Of a DNA stretch of 64,000 bases, positions 40,066-51,489 are shown piece by piece. The position numbers were made by a program, and so were the translations under genes. The notes below the pieces were generated by a model, which was not told where the DNA came from, did not search any database, and worked only from the letters and a program-made list of their open reading frames with translations. Origin of the DNA: the human T2T-CHM13v2.0 reference genome, Homo sapiens; NCBI RefSeq assembly GCF_009914755.1, contig NC_060942.1; one strand, 5' to 3'. The stretch's first letter is position 1, and each line of letters opens with the position of its first letter.

Positions 40066-41223
40066 TTTGGGAGTAGACATCCAGGGAAAATACTCAGTCT
40101 AGGAATAAACAATGAACTTTATAAATATATAATATATAAACAATAAATAAACAATATAACTTTCATGTACCTGAACCTCACTTATGCAATATAAGATTTA
40201 AGGAAGACCAACCCTCTGAAACTTCTTTCTATACTGCTGATATTTTCAAACCAGACAATCACTGAAACATAGAGATGTTAGGACAGAGATTTTTGTGCAG
40301 AACATAAATACTGCAGTGCTTTTTTTTTTTTTTTAAAGAAAGGGGATTCCAGTCCATAATGTGAAGATATTACTATTAAATAATAGTCAAATTCCCTATA
40401 TGCTATATATGCTTTCAAAATTAAATGTGTTGAAATGTTTATGTTAAAAAAGCAAAGTCACAACATGATTATTTAGTTTGAATGAAAACGCATCTCTATT
40501 TCAGTCACTACATAACATTTTCATACTTTAGTATATAATTGAGAGTTTTTTGTTACACAAGAAGGTTCACAACTGGAGAAGAAAATGACATTTCTGAAAT
40601 TCTTCTGGACGAGAGACATATGTTACAGTTCCTTCCAGCTGCATTGAGTGTATTAAGAACAAGAACATTTCAATTAGAAAACAAGCACCCAAACATTTTT
40701 ATTCTTTAAAAAGGAAGGCATTTTTAAAGGAAAAAGAGTTAAGTACTTTTTCTTACCTCTAGTTATTTAGGCTTTTAAAATTCTTCAGCAGAGTAACTAT
40801 TTCATGATTGTATTTCTCCTAGGTAATGGTCCTCTTGTATGAAGATAAAAATCAAAGTAAAGGTAATTTATTGTCTACTAAAATGTTCAGCTCTGTCAGC
40901 ATCCAAAATATGAGATCGTATATATGAGCCCAAATTCAAATTATAAAGATTAATTTTATTAAAATGCAGCAACAAGCAGAAATTTTCCCCGATACAATAA
41001 ATCTTTCAGATGGATTAGAGACCTTGAATTGCAACCTGTGATGTTATCCTGCCCTCTTAAACATGATTATAAAAGCTACAGTTAATGTACTTGTTCATAG
41101 GCATTCCCATTTCTTACTTCCGAAAATGTACCACAAAATATTTTTCTTCAAATTCTCAGGAATTAAAGTATGAAATAAACAACTGAAAGAAACTCATAAT
41201 TAAAAATGATTTATGTTTGTAAG

Positions 41224-41252
41224 TATACATATATATATATATATATATATAT
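41224..41252. repeat. (TA)n microsatellite
   Basis: Visible. Confidence 0.95.
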
Positions 41253-41700
41253 GTTTTTACAAATATGTTAACCAAATTATATGTTAGAAATGTTTCTAAG
41301 TAAAGTCCTATAAAGCAGAACCTCAGTTTTAAACAATTAAGATGGGTGATAAAAATCATGGCCTGCTGAGTCTCTCTATAATCACCAGAAATGCAGCTAG
41401 TCTTCAGAGCCCACGGCAAAAATTCTGTCCTCACAGGAGGAGCTAACGCCAGGCCAGCCGCTTCCTGTCTGCGTGGACATTTGTTCTTCCTCAAAGACAA
41501 GATCTTGCAAGTGTCTTTTCACTTCATTATACCCACAGCGTCAAAGCCATCAGGAAATGCTCAGACTCACCAACCACCTGTAATGGAGGCATCTGGACTA
41601 AGGTCTGGTCCTGTTGGGTTTGTGACCACATACTGATTGCTGTGATTTGAGTTTGCTTTTTGATTATAATTAATGTTAAGAATAAACCCTTGAGGACTAG

Positions 41701-41973
41701 CCAAACACCGCATATTCTCACTCATAGGTGGGAACTGAACAATGAGAACACATGGACACAGGAAGGGGAACATCACACTCTGGGGACTGTTGTGGGGTGG
41801 GGGGAGAGGGGAGGGATAGCATTAGGAGATATACCTAATGCTAAATGACGAGTTAATGGGTGCAGCACACCAGCATGGCACATGTATACATATGTAACTA
41901 ACCTGCACATTGTGCACATGTACCCTAAAACTTAAAGTATAATAATAATAAAATAAAATAAAAAAAAAGAAAG
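41701..41973 (+). mobile_element. Short L1PA2-like 3' end with poly-A
   Basis: CCGCATATTCTC, ACTCTGGGGACTG, GACGAGTTAATG and GTAACTAACCTG diagnostics; GAG rather than L1HS-Ta ACA. Confidence 0.95.
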
Positions 41974-42364
41974 TGTGTTTTCTTTGGCTTTCAACACTGT
42001 CTCTTATAACTGAGATAAAGCCTTACTTTCTTTTCTCTCCTCTAAAGCAGCGTTTCCAATTTCTAAATGTTTGCATTTTTAAGTTTTCTACCCACTGCTT
42101 TTGTTCCTCACTGCTTAAGGACCTTTATCTAATGTCCCTCTCAATACATCTTGAGATAATTTTAGTCACCAAACCTATGCCTTTTTGTTACCTATTTGAA
42201 ACAAGTTGCCTGCACTTATTGTAGATTTTTTTTTCCCCCATGAATAGTCAATACAGGGAAAGCTTTTCTTAACTTTTCTAACAATCAGTGCTATACATTT
42301 TGGCCATACTATATAGTGGGCTACCTCCAATGGTTCCAAACTTCTCAAACAATTTATGCAATTC

Positions 42365-42908
42365 TGTTGTAGGGTGAACCTCCAAATTGGGTTTCAGCTC
42401 AGAATGCCAGTGGGTTCTTGGCTTGTGCAGGAAGTAATTCAAGAATGATTCGACAGGGAAAAGTGAAAGCAAGTCTATTAAAAAACTAAAGGAATAAAAA
42501 GATGGCTACTCCAAAGGCAGAGTACCCCTGAGGGCTATTGTTTGGCTGTTTTTATGGCTATTTCTTGATTATATGCTAAACAAGCGGTAGGTTGTTCATG
42601 AGTTTTCTGGGAAAGGGGCAGGGGATTCCCAAAACTGAGGACTCCCTTCCTTGTCAGACCATATAGGGTAACTTCCAGATCTTGTCACGGCATTTGTAAA
42701 CTTTCAAGGCACTGGTGGGAGTTTTCTTTACCATGCTAATGTATTATAATTAGTGTATAATGAGCAGTGAGGACAGCTAGAGGTTGCTTTTGTCACCATC
42801 TTGGTTTTTGTGGGTTTTGGACAGCTTCTTTACCACATCCTGTTTTATCATATGGGGGTCTTTGTGACCCGTTTCTTGAGAAACAAGTCCTGTGGAACTC
42901 CTATCTCA
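42365..42908 (-). mobile_element. MER41-family ERV1 solo LTR
   Basis: TG...CA termini; ATGGCTACTCCA, TATGCTAAACAAG, GACCATATAGGGTAACTTCC; 4-bp flanks ATTC/ATTA. Confidence 0.88.
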
Positions 42909-43644
42909 ATTATAATCAAGATAAGTGGAGCTATGTAGGGTTTCGTGTGTGGCTGATACTGGGTATGGCTTTAAACCTGTTAGGCAGATTTTTAAAATCT
43001 ATAAAATGGGGATTCAAAACTGTAATGCCTTTCATCAATGGGGACAAAGGTGTATAGAATCTGATAGCAGCTAGCACAGGGATGCAGTCCTGCCGGGACT
43101 GACTACCTTCCCACAGCTTAGGTCAACCGCTTACGCTCTCCATCTGCTTGTTCTTTCTCCTGCTGGGTTTTGGTGCCCTCTTTCCTTAGCATAACCATTA
43201 ATTGTTGCCATTTCTTTGTCATTCATCCCTTTCTTCACTTCTTTCTAAAGAGATCCTAAGCACCAAATACAGTACAACAACAGTGCTAATAACAGTAACT
43301 TATTTTCAAGATTTCCCCCTAAATGCCAGCATTCCACTAGGCCCCTTCTCCTAAAGATAAATTATTTGGTAAAAAGTGATGTAGAATGGTAATTGAAGTA
43401 AAATTATAGATCTACCACATGAGATTGTAGGTGCAATTTGGAACAGATTCTTTCTGGGTTAGGCATGATTTTATACACTGCGAGGCCGAGTCATATTAGA
43501 TCTTCATTAGGATCATAATATACTTTCTCCTTTATCTGAGCAAAGCTTCTTTTTGTGACACTTATAGTAACTGCCTCTCTATTCACATATTAATACAAAT
43601 TTAAATATTTTTTGGAGCTCAAAATGTAAATGATTCATGTAGAC

Positions 43645-43966
43645 GAGGGGTCCCCAACCACCTAGTCATCCATGACCTGTTAGGAACTGGTTGCGCAGCA
43701 GGAGGTGAGTGGCAGTTGAATGAGCAGTGCTGCCTGAACTCTGCCTCCTGTCAGACCAGTGCAACATTAGATTCTCATAGCATTAGATTCCTTACACTAA
43801 GGAAAGAGGGCGCCTATTGTGAACTGCAAATTCAAAGGATCTAGGGTGCACTCTCCTTATGAAAATCTAACTAATATGCCTGATAATCCCCGGTGGAACA
43901 GCTTCATCCTGGAAACCATCCCCCCACGAAACTGGTCCCTGGTGACAAAAAGGTTGGGGACAACAA
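43645..43966. mobile_element. MER1B-like hAT-Charlie MITE with 8-bp TSD
   Basis: TIRs AGGGGTCCCCAACC and GGTTGGGGAC; TSD ATGTAGAC (43637-43644) and CTGTAGAC (43967-43974). Confidence 0.9.
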
Positions 43967-44100
43967 CTGTAGACTATACAATAAATGTCTGACCAAGAAG
44001 GCCCTAAAGTTCCTATCAGTTTCACTAAACCTTACACAGGTTTATTCCAGACTATAGGCCCCCTGGCCTTCTTTTCCTTACAGCATTGACTTTAGACTAA

Positions 44101-44403
<303 letters not shown>

Positions 44404-44417
44404 TAGAATAAACTTTT

Positions 44418-44715
44418 TTTTATTTTTATTTTTTTTGAGATGGAGTCTCATTCTGTCACCCAGGCTGGAGTGTGGTGCAATCTCGGCTCACTGCAAGCTT
44501 CGCCTCCCAGGTTCACACCATTCTCCTGCCTCAGCCTCCTGAGTAGCTGGGACTACAGGCGCCCGCCATCACGCCTGGCTGATCTTTTTGTGTTTTTAGT
44601 AGAGACGGGGTTTCACCATGTTAACCCGGATGGTCTCGATCTCCTAATCTTGTGATCCGCCTGCCTCGGCCTCTCAAAGTGCTGGGATTAGAGGTGTGAG
44701 CCACCGTGCCCGGCC
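44418..44715 (-). mobile_element. AluY-like SINE
   Basis: CAAGCTTCG, CACACCATTCTCC, GGATGGTCTCGATCTCC. Confidence 0.96.
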
Positions 44716-45543
44716 AGAATAAACTTTTAATAGTAAATTCTCTGCCTATTTAAGATGTAAATCTTCTACAACCCAAGAGTGTCTTTCTCTTGAACCTGGG
44801 AGCTAACTCTTTGAAATGCAATCATCAGAAATCATTGGGCCCCTGTCTCAGTGGGAGAATGAGTGCCAAACTTCCCTAAGTGACAATAAGCAAACCAAGG
44901 TAGCCTAATCACACTGACCAAACTTCACACTGACCAAACTACCCACTTAGGCGATCTAGTCCTTTCCTATCAGCTCACTCCAGTGCTTACAAGCACTCCT
45001 GTCTTTTCTTTCAGTGGAGCTGAGTTCAGCCTCTTTTCCCTGTTAAAACAATATTGATCCCTCTTGCAATACCCTTGAATAAAATCTTTCATGCCTGTTT
45101 AACTCCATCTGGTACAATTTTTCTTTAACTTGTGAAAAGGAAATAATATGGAAAAAGTTAGAATATGCTAGAATATATCATGGCTTTGTTTTCTTTGCTG
45201 TAAGTACATTTATAAGCATTCTTGTCATTGAACCAGCAAAAGGGATAATGATGGAAATGACTGAATTAGCATTGATTTGGACATCAGGATAGATGAGGCA
45301 GACAAGCACTCAGAACAAATGGTACTTGCATGGTTTGACAAGCTTTTCTACTGGATTAAATATATGACCATTCGAGGAGTTCTTGCAGTCATACAGTAAG
45401 ATTCTGCAGCAAGGTGCTATGCAAGGCAAAGAAAATGCAGCTGCGACATGATGAGTGATTGCTCCAGTCTTTCGCACAACCCCCTCCTCGAACAAAAAAG
45501 GGGCTGAAGATTTTGGTGAGTAGAAGAAAGGTTAAAGACTGTC

Positions 45544-45890
45544 TGTATTAGTCAGTTTTCACACTGCTAATAAAGACATATCCGAGACTGGGTAATTTAT
45601 AATGGAAAGGGGTTTAATGAACTCACAGTTTTACATGGCTAGGGAGGCCTCGCAATCATGGTGGAAGGCCGGCAAGGAGCAAAGTCATGTCTTACATGGT
45701 GGCAGGCAAGAATGTGTGCAGGGGAACTCCCCTTTTTAAAACCATCAGATCTCATGAGAATTATCACTATCATGAGAACAGCATGGGAAAGACCCACCCC
45801 CATGATTCAATTACCTCCCACGACACATGGGAATCATGGGAGCTACAATTCAAGATGAGATTTGGGTGGGGACACAGCCAAACCATATCA
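45544..45890 (-). mobile_element. THE1 (C-like) MaLR solo LTR with 5-bp TSD CTGTC/TTGTC
   Basis: TGTATTAGTC...GAGATTTGGGTGGGGACACAGCCAAACCATATCA. Confidence 0.96.
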
Positions 45891-47289
45891 TTGTCCTATA
45901 ATGGTATATAGTTTTCTTAATCTTGTATATGATTGGTTGCATACAGCACACTTTTCACTATCTTTTTATGTGATTTTGTTTTAGCACATATTGATTGAAA
46001 AATACTGCAACTTCATGAAAACATGACAAATATTTTTTATAAATAGATTATTTTGATGTATCAGATTATGGAGGGTTATTTCTGTATTCCTACCAAATTT
46101 TATTATAGTTGCCAAAGATTTTTATCTGGGGCTTTTCTGATGTCTTCGGACATATTAGTCTAAATAAATGATTTATTGTAGTGCATCAGGTTTGTATACA
46201 TATGTAACAGGACTACTTTTAAGCTTCCAGAATCCACTTTCAGAAAAAAAAAAGGTCAAGCCATATCTTCACAGGATTGTCAATCCAGAGGTAAGGCCTC
46301 CGTCCACTCAGAAACACCCAGCTGATGGAGGCACAAGGAGAGAACAAACACAAGCCCTTAGCTTTCCAAAGATAATAAAAGTGAATATTTTAAAAGGCAG
46401 GCTTTAAGCCAAATAGTAACTGATATTATCCACAATTTCATTAGCCAACTCCTAACTTCATATAACAGTACTTTACAGAAGCTCCTGTTATGAAAACTGA
46501 TTATATTTGTTTTTCTTTAAGTATGCAGATGCAGTTAAGGGTCATGCATGGAGTTTATTATGCTAATTTTCTATCACTTCTAAGAATCCAAGTTTAGCCA
46601 CGTGCAGTTCATAGTTGGCATTGCCAAAAGACAAAATGTCACTTAGAAAAAGCGAGAAGCCCTTTGTTCCTTAAAAATTAAAGTAATATGAAATGTAAAA
46701 TATCACAGTACTGTTGAGAAAAAAATTAGCAAAATTCCTGGAATCAATCAGCCAAAGATAATTGAGTTATTAAGAAACCATTTGAATATGTATAGATGAA
46801 AAGCCAAATTTTGTTCCATCTACAAAAGCTTTGCAGTGTATCTGAGACATCTAAATTGCTTTTATTAATATATATATAAAATGTATTATTTTTGGAAGTA
46901 TGATGGACTAATTGCCTAACAAAGTAAGTGAGTCCTACGAGCATGCTATGCAAATGATTTTATAAAAGGTCATTTTTATTAGCAACTGTGGTCAAATCAA
47001 ATATGCATTTTCTGAAATGATGTGGCACATAATGTGCTGATGCATTCAAAGACTGTGGATCTTAAACCCAAGAAAGCCTATTTTAGGAGGCTAAGTATAA
47101 ATTAAACAAATCTCAGTTATTTGTAATATACTAAGCATTCACTTCACACATGTTTATTGATGACGTACTGAGTGGTCAGCCTTGGAGAGGGCACAGTTAC
47201 CTCCCTTTCTTATTCAGGACTTTTAAGGCACAGAGTGCTTTATTTCCAGACCATCTAGTGCCTGCTCAATAAGTAACTGCTACTGTGCC

Positions 47290-47470
47290 TGAAGAAATAT
47301 TTGTAGAACATATACTAGGTATAGGACACTGTTCTAAAATTTCATAATACAATGGTGAAAAAGATAAGCAAGTTTCCTACTCGCTGGAAACCAACCTCCA
47401 GTAGGAAAGACAAACCATAAATAAACAAAGAAATAAATGGGATCTTTTCAGACAGCTTTGAAGCAAGGTA
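47290..47470 (-). mobile_element. L2 3' fragment
   Basis: AAATATTTGTAGAACA...GACACTGTTCTA...AAGACAAAC. Confidence 0.55.
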
Positions 47471-47484
47471 GAAGGGTAGAATGA

Positions 47485-47595
47485 CCTTTGTTTCAGTGGC
47501 ATTGAGTTCAGTTTCCCTCCCCTGTTGCAATAGTCTTGACCCCTATCACAATAACTGTGAAAACATCTTCCTTGCCTCTGTGTGGAAAACATTTA
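47485..47595 (+). mobile_element. Short MER31/MER67-like LTR 3' fragment
   Basis: TTTCAGTGGCATTGAGTTCAG...CCCTGTTGCAATAGTCTTGA resembles 45009-45090. Confidence 0.5.
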
Positions 47596-47789
47596 ATAGA
47601 AGGATTGAGAAAAACTTCTTGGAGCTAAAACCAACCAACCAGGAGCCAAACAAAAATTTCATTTCAAACAGAAAGAGCTGATGCAAAAGCCCCTTGCCCT
47701 GAGGCCATTTTTAATGTAAATATTTTCCATAGGTAAATAAAAATGCTGCAGACCTCATGTGTTTCCTATTGCTCATCAAAAGAAGATGT

Positions 47790-48332
47790 CCAAAACCAGT
47801 GACCAATGGACTAGAGTTGGACAGCAAATATGCTTCATTTGGCCAGCACAGGAGTTGGTTGTTGTTTTGCCTGTTAGTTTTGTTTTATTATTTCAGACCA
47901 ACAATCAAAAGTTGTGAAATTTCAAACTAAAATCCAGATTTCTGACTTCTCTTTAGAAATCCGAACACCTGGAGTCTTGGGATCAGAATTGCAGCACAGC
48001 AGGCATCAGCTGGAGCTGGTGGCCATTGTGCATCTTAGATGAGGTGTGAAGCTTAGGATCACATTGGCAGTTATTTTGTCACTTTCTTCTCTGGCACCAG
48101 CACTGAGGCCAAAGTTCAGTTGCCATTTCTCTTTGTTTTCATGCCATTGGTTTTCCCTATAACTATATTTCCATCAAAGTAAGGAAAGAAAAGTTAGGTT
48201 TACAGAATTACGTGTTTCAAGAAAAATGGTGGCAAAATATATAAACCAGTCCTTATGTCAGCTGAATACAATTCAGCCATTCATTTATATTTTTTCCTGG
48301 TCCTATTAGGCATATGAGTTTGAGATACTTGA
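47790..48332. mobile_element. Old hAT-Charlie-type DNA transposon (MER102-like)
   Basis: AAAATCCAGATTTCTGACTTCTCTT and terminal GGCATATGAGTTTGAGATACTTG. Confidence 0.5.
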
Positions 48333-48357
48333 ACTAGGGTGTTAAAAATCAAGAGCA

Positions 48358-48487
48358 TGGCATGTTAATGACCTTGATTGTGATGATTATTTCACAAGGT
48401 TTATCTATCTACCTATCTAAAACTATTATGTTGTACACCTTAAATGCAATTTTAAACAGTCTATACCTTCACAAAGTTGGGGAAAAT
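48358..48487 (+). mobile_element. Short L1MA/MB 3' end
   Basis: CTTGATTGTGATGATTATTTCACAA...GTTGTACACCTTAAAT. Confidence 0.7.
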
Positions 48488-48559
48488 CGAGATGATTTAA
48501 AATTGCTTTGTAGAAAAATAAAATAGAATAATTGCATTTGTTAGGCTGCTACTGTGGGA

Positions 48560-48770
48560 CAAGCATGGGTGTCTGGATGATTTGAACTTGAGTCTCAGTT
48601 TCAACATTTAACTAGCATTATCATGAGCCAGTAAAATACTCCTCTCTTCTTCAGTTTCCTCATCTGTAAATAGATTGATTTGGATATATAATAATCAGTC
48701 TTGTCACATTATTCTCAGAATTAAATGAGTTAACCTGCAAGTACATAGTACATGAGAGACAATTAATGTA
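48560..48770 (+). mobile_element. MIR SINE
   Basis: TCAGTTTCCTCATCTGTAAA core; GAATTAAATGAG. Confidence 0.75.
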
Positions 48771-48954
48771 AAATACTCCTAATTACATGTACAATTTGTG
48801 GTCTGGCAGATAAGCAATCAGAAGAATGACTCACCACACCTGAGTTGTGTCAGGGGTTCTCATAAGGTTGTTAGGAAGGGAAGAGACTGGGGAAAGCATA
48901 ACATCCTTCAGCGCATAGTGTGTGCTCTCTCTGAGCTGTCTTCTTTACTCTCAT

Positions 48955-49090
48955 TATTATTAGAACAATATTTTAATGTTGTAGGTTAACTCTGTTTTAC
49001 AGACAGGAAAGAGGAGGCATAAGAAAGGTAACTTGCCAAAGTCACACAGGAATAGGAGAAAGAGAGATGCACAGATGCAAACCTTTCATA
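48955..49090 (-). mobile_element. MIR fragment
   Basis: TTTTACAGACAGGAAA...TAACTTGCCAAAGTCACACAG. Confidence 0.7.
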
Positions 49091-49885
49091 GCCCCTTCCC
49101 GTTTTACCACCTCCAGCTAGAATAAATGTAGAGCTAATCTATAACCCCCTTGAACCATAGAAATAAAAGCATTTCTAGACCGCTGTCTTTGTCATACTTG
49201 GGCATGCATAAGAATCACTTGCAGAGCTCATTAAAAATCTCCTACCACCCGGGACTGTCATTCAGTGGACGGTCCATCCATTTCATTTTGAGAGGCACCA
49301 ATGAATTGTCTTTCTGGTCTCATAAACTAGTATTTAATTGAAAATAGTAGAATACGTTGAAGAATTCCAAATGGTACCTTAAGGTAAGACACTGAATAAG
49401 AATGAATAGAACACAAGCTTCTAATGTCCTGGACATTTTAAAATTGTCTCAGGTAGTCTTTTAATTAGGGTAGTGTTCAGAGGACAGACAAGATTTAGAG
49501 TGAAATTTAACTGAAATAATTAAATCTCAATGAAAAATCTGGATCATGCTTTGTTCATTGTCTGTAGTAAGACATTTGTAGGTAGTTTATTCAAGTATAG
49601 AATGAATATGTTTAATTTCATACTAAAATATTAATACTTAGAATATTTCTTAATTATACCTTACATACAAACCATTCACATTTAAACATGAATAATTTTG
49701 ACATACTTCAACCTGAAATGAGAGTCTTTCCTGTATCCACTACCAGTTTCATTGTATCTTTCCTGGTGAAAACACTGAGAAGACTCATTATAGAAAACAG
49801 AATACACTGCAGGAAATTACTATGGATACAAAGAGAAATAAAACTGAGTCTCTATCTTCTTCCTTATTTTTTAGATAAAAGTAAT

Positions 49886-50375
49886 TGTAGGACCTAAAAT
49901 TTAAGTGCTGCTGTGACATCTTTGAGTTACTTGGCACCAAAGGCCTATTCATGAGCTCCCGGCTCTTGCCAAATATTCCCGTCACTCCCCACCCAGGTAG
50001 TCTTCCTATCAGCCAGACCAGTTGTCCCTGACCTTGTTCTCGACCTCACGGGTTTTACTTCCCTGTCAGCCCACAAAATTATTCAAACAACCGATTGCAT
50101 TCTCCTGTGAGAACCAGAGGACACCCACTCACCAGTTACTACAAAGCCTGCCTCCCACAGCCCTGTTGTTTCCCTTTGCTTCTGAGTATACACCCCTGTG
50201 TTACCATGTGTTGTGTGAAATGTCCTCCTACCTCGGGACATTACGAGTATAGCTAATGAATATAATGCTGCCAATATCATCTGTGTGGTGCTGGGTTTTG
50301 CGTGTTTGGCTTTCTTATATTATTTAGGGCAAGAATCTCTCCCTCACCAATAGGGTGAATAGGGTAGACAAGACA
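49886..50375 (+). mobile_element. MER54/73/74-group ERVL solo LTR
   Basis: TG...CA termini; AAATTATTCAAACAACC, TACTACAAAGCCTGCCTCCCACAGCCC, CCCTCACCAATAGGGTGAATAGG. Confidence 0.7.
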
Positions 50376-50479
50376 TAGAACACCTAGAAACCTCAAAGTC
50401 TTCAAGCATTTACCTACTGTTTAAATGTCTTTTCTCTCTGTGATTAGCCTGATGTGAAACTTTATTTTTACCTAGTGTG

Positions 50480-50735
50480 GAACATAAGAAATAATGATTT
50501 CTCTTTGAAGTCAAAACACCTGAATTTGAATTCTACTTCTGCTATTTCCTCACAGTGCTTGGGAAAAGTTACTAAGCTTTAGATTTCTCATCAATAAAAT
50601 GTCATTTTTCTGACAGTGTTGTGAAGAAAGTTATGTATGATACTATACATTAAATATTTAGTGCACGTCTTTGGTTGGTAGGATTAGATAATAAACATCA
50701 AACACTTAGCATAGTTCCTACAGCCAAGTAAGAGG
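50480..50735 (+). mobile_element. MIR SINE
   Basis: CCTGAATTTGAATTCTACTTCTGC...TTTCTCATCAATAAAATG...CACTTAGCATAG. Confidence 0.7.
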
Positions 50736-50757
50736 TAAAAAACCAGTAAGTATTTTT

Positions 50758-51072
50758 TCTTTTTTCTTTTTTTTTTTCCTTTTGAGACAAGGTCTCATTC
50801 TGTTGCCCTAGCTAGAATGCAGTGGCACGATGATGGCTCACTGCAGCCTTGACCTCCTGGGCTCAAGCGTTCCTCCCACCTCAGCCTCCTAAGTAGCTGG
50901 CACTACAGGTACGTACCACCACACTCGGCTAAATTTTTTTTTTTTTTTTTTTTTTTTGTAGACACAGGGTTTTGCCATGTTGCTAGGCTGGTCTCCAATT
51001 CCTGGACTCAAATTGGTCTGCCTCAGCCTCCCAAAGTGCTGGGATTACAGATATAAGCCATGGCACTGGCCC
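50758..51072 (-). mobile_element. AluJ SINE with degenerate TSD CCAGTAAG(T/A)ATTTTTT
   Basis: GCAGCCTTGACCTCCTGGGCTCAAG and TTTTGTAGA AluJ diagnostics. Confidence 0.95.
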
Positions 51073-51489
51073 AAAGCCAGTAAGAATTTTTTCAGGACAA
51101 ACTGGAAAGTGTAACCAAGATGAAAATGAATGCCAGTCATTGTGCATCACTGTCCTGGCTCAGGCAGGTGTGAGCATTACTTGGCATTTGGGCTTTCTAA
51201 AGCTCGGAGCCCATGGGAACTGGAGGAGGAAGTTCCCACCAAGCAAAGTGGTTCAGGCACCTAGGAAGACTTCGGGTTGCCAAGACAAGGAGAGCAGATG
51301 GGTAGTGCTGGTTAAAAAACGAGGGCCCTGGGTCAATTTCAGAAGAGTTAGATACCAAGATGTCTAATATGGAGACCACGAAGGTCATGTGCATGGCTAT
51401 GAGGATCGACACCAGGTCAACCAAAGACAATCCATCTGAAAGCTGTTGGCCCAAAAATCTGCTTACCTAATAATAAACCAACCCATATA

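Noticed and set aside
45370-45522. Possible exon ending TTG|GTGAGT
   Set aside because: Good donor but no convincing upstream acceptor or recognisable reading frame
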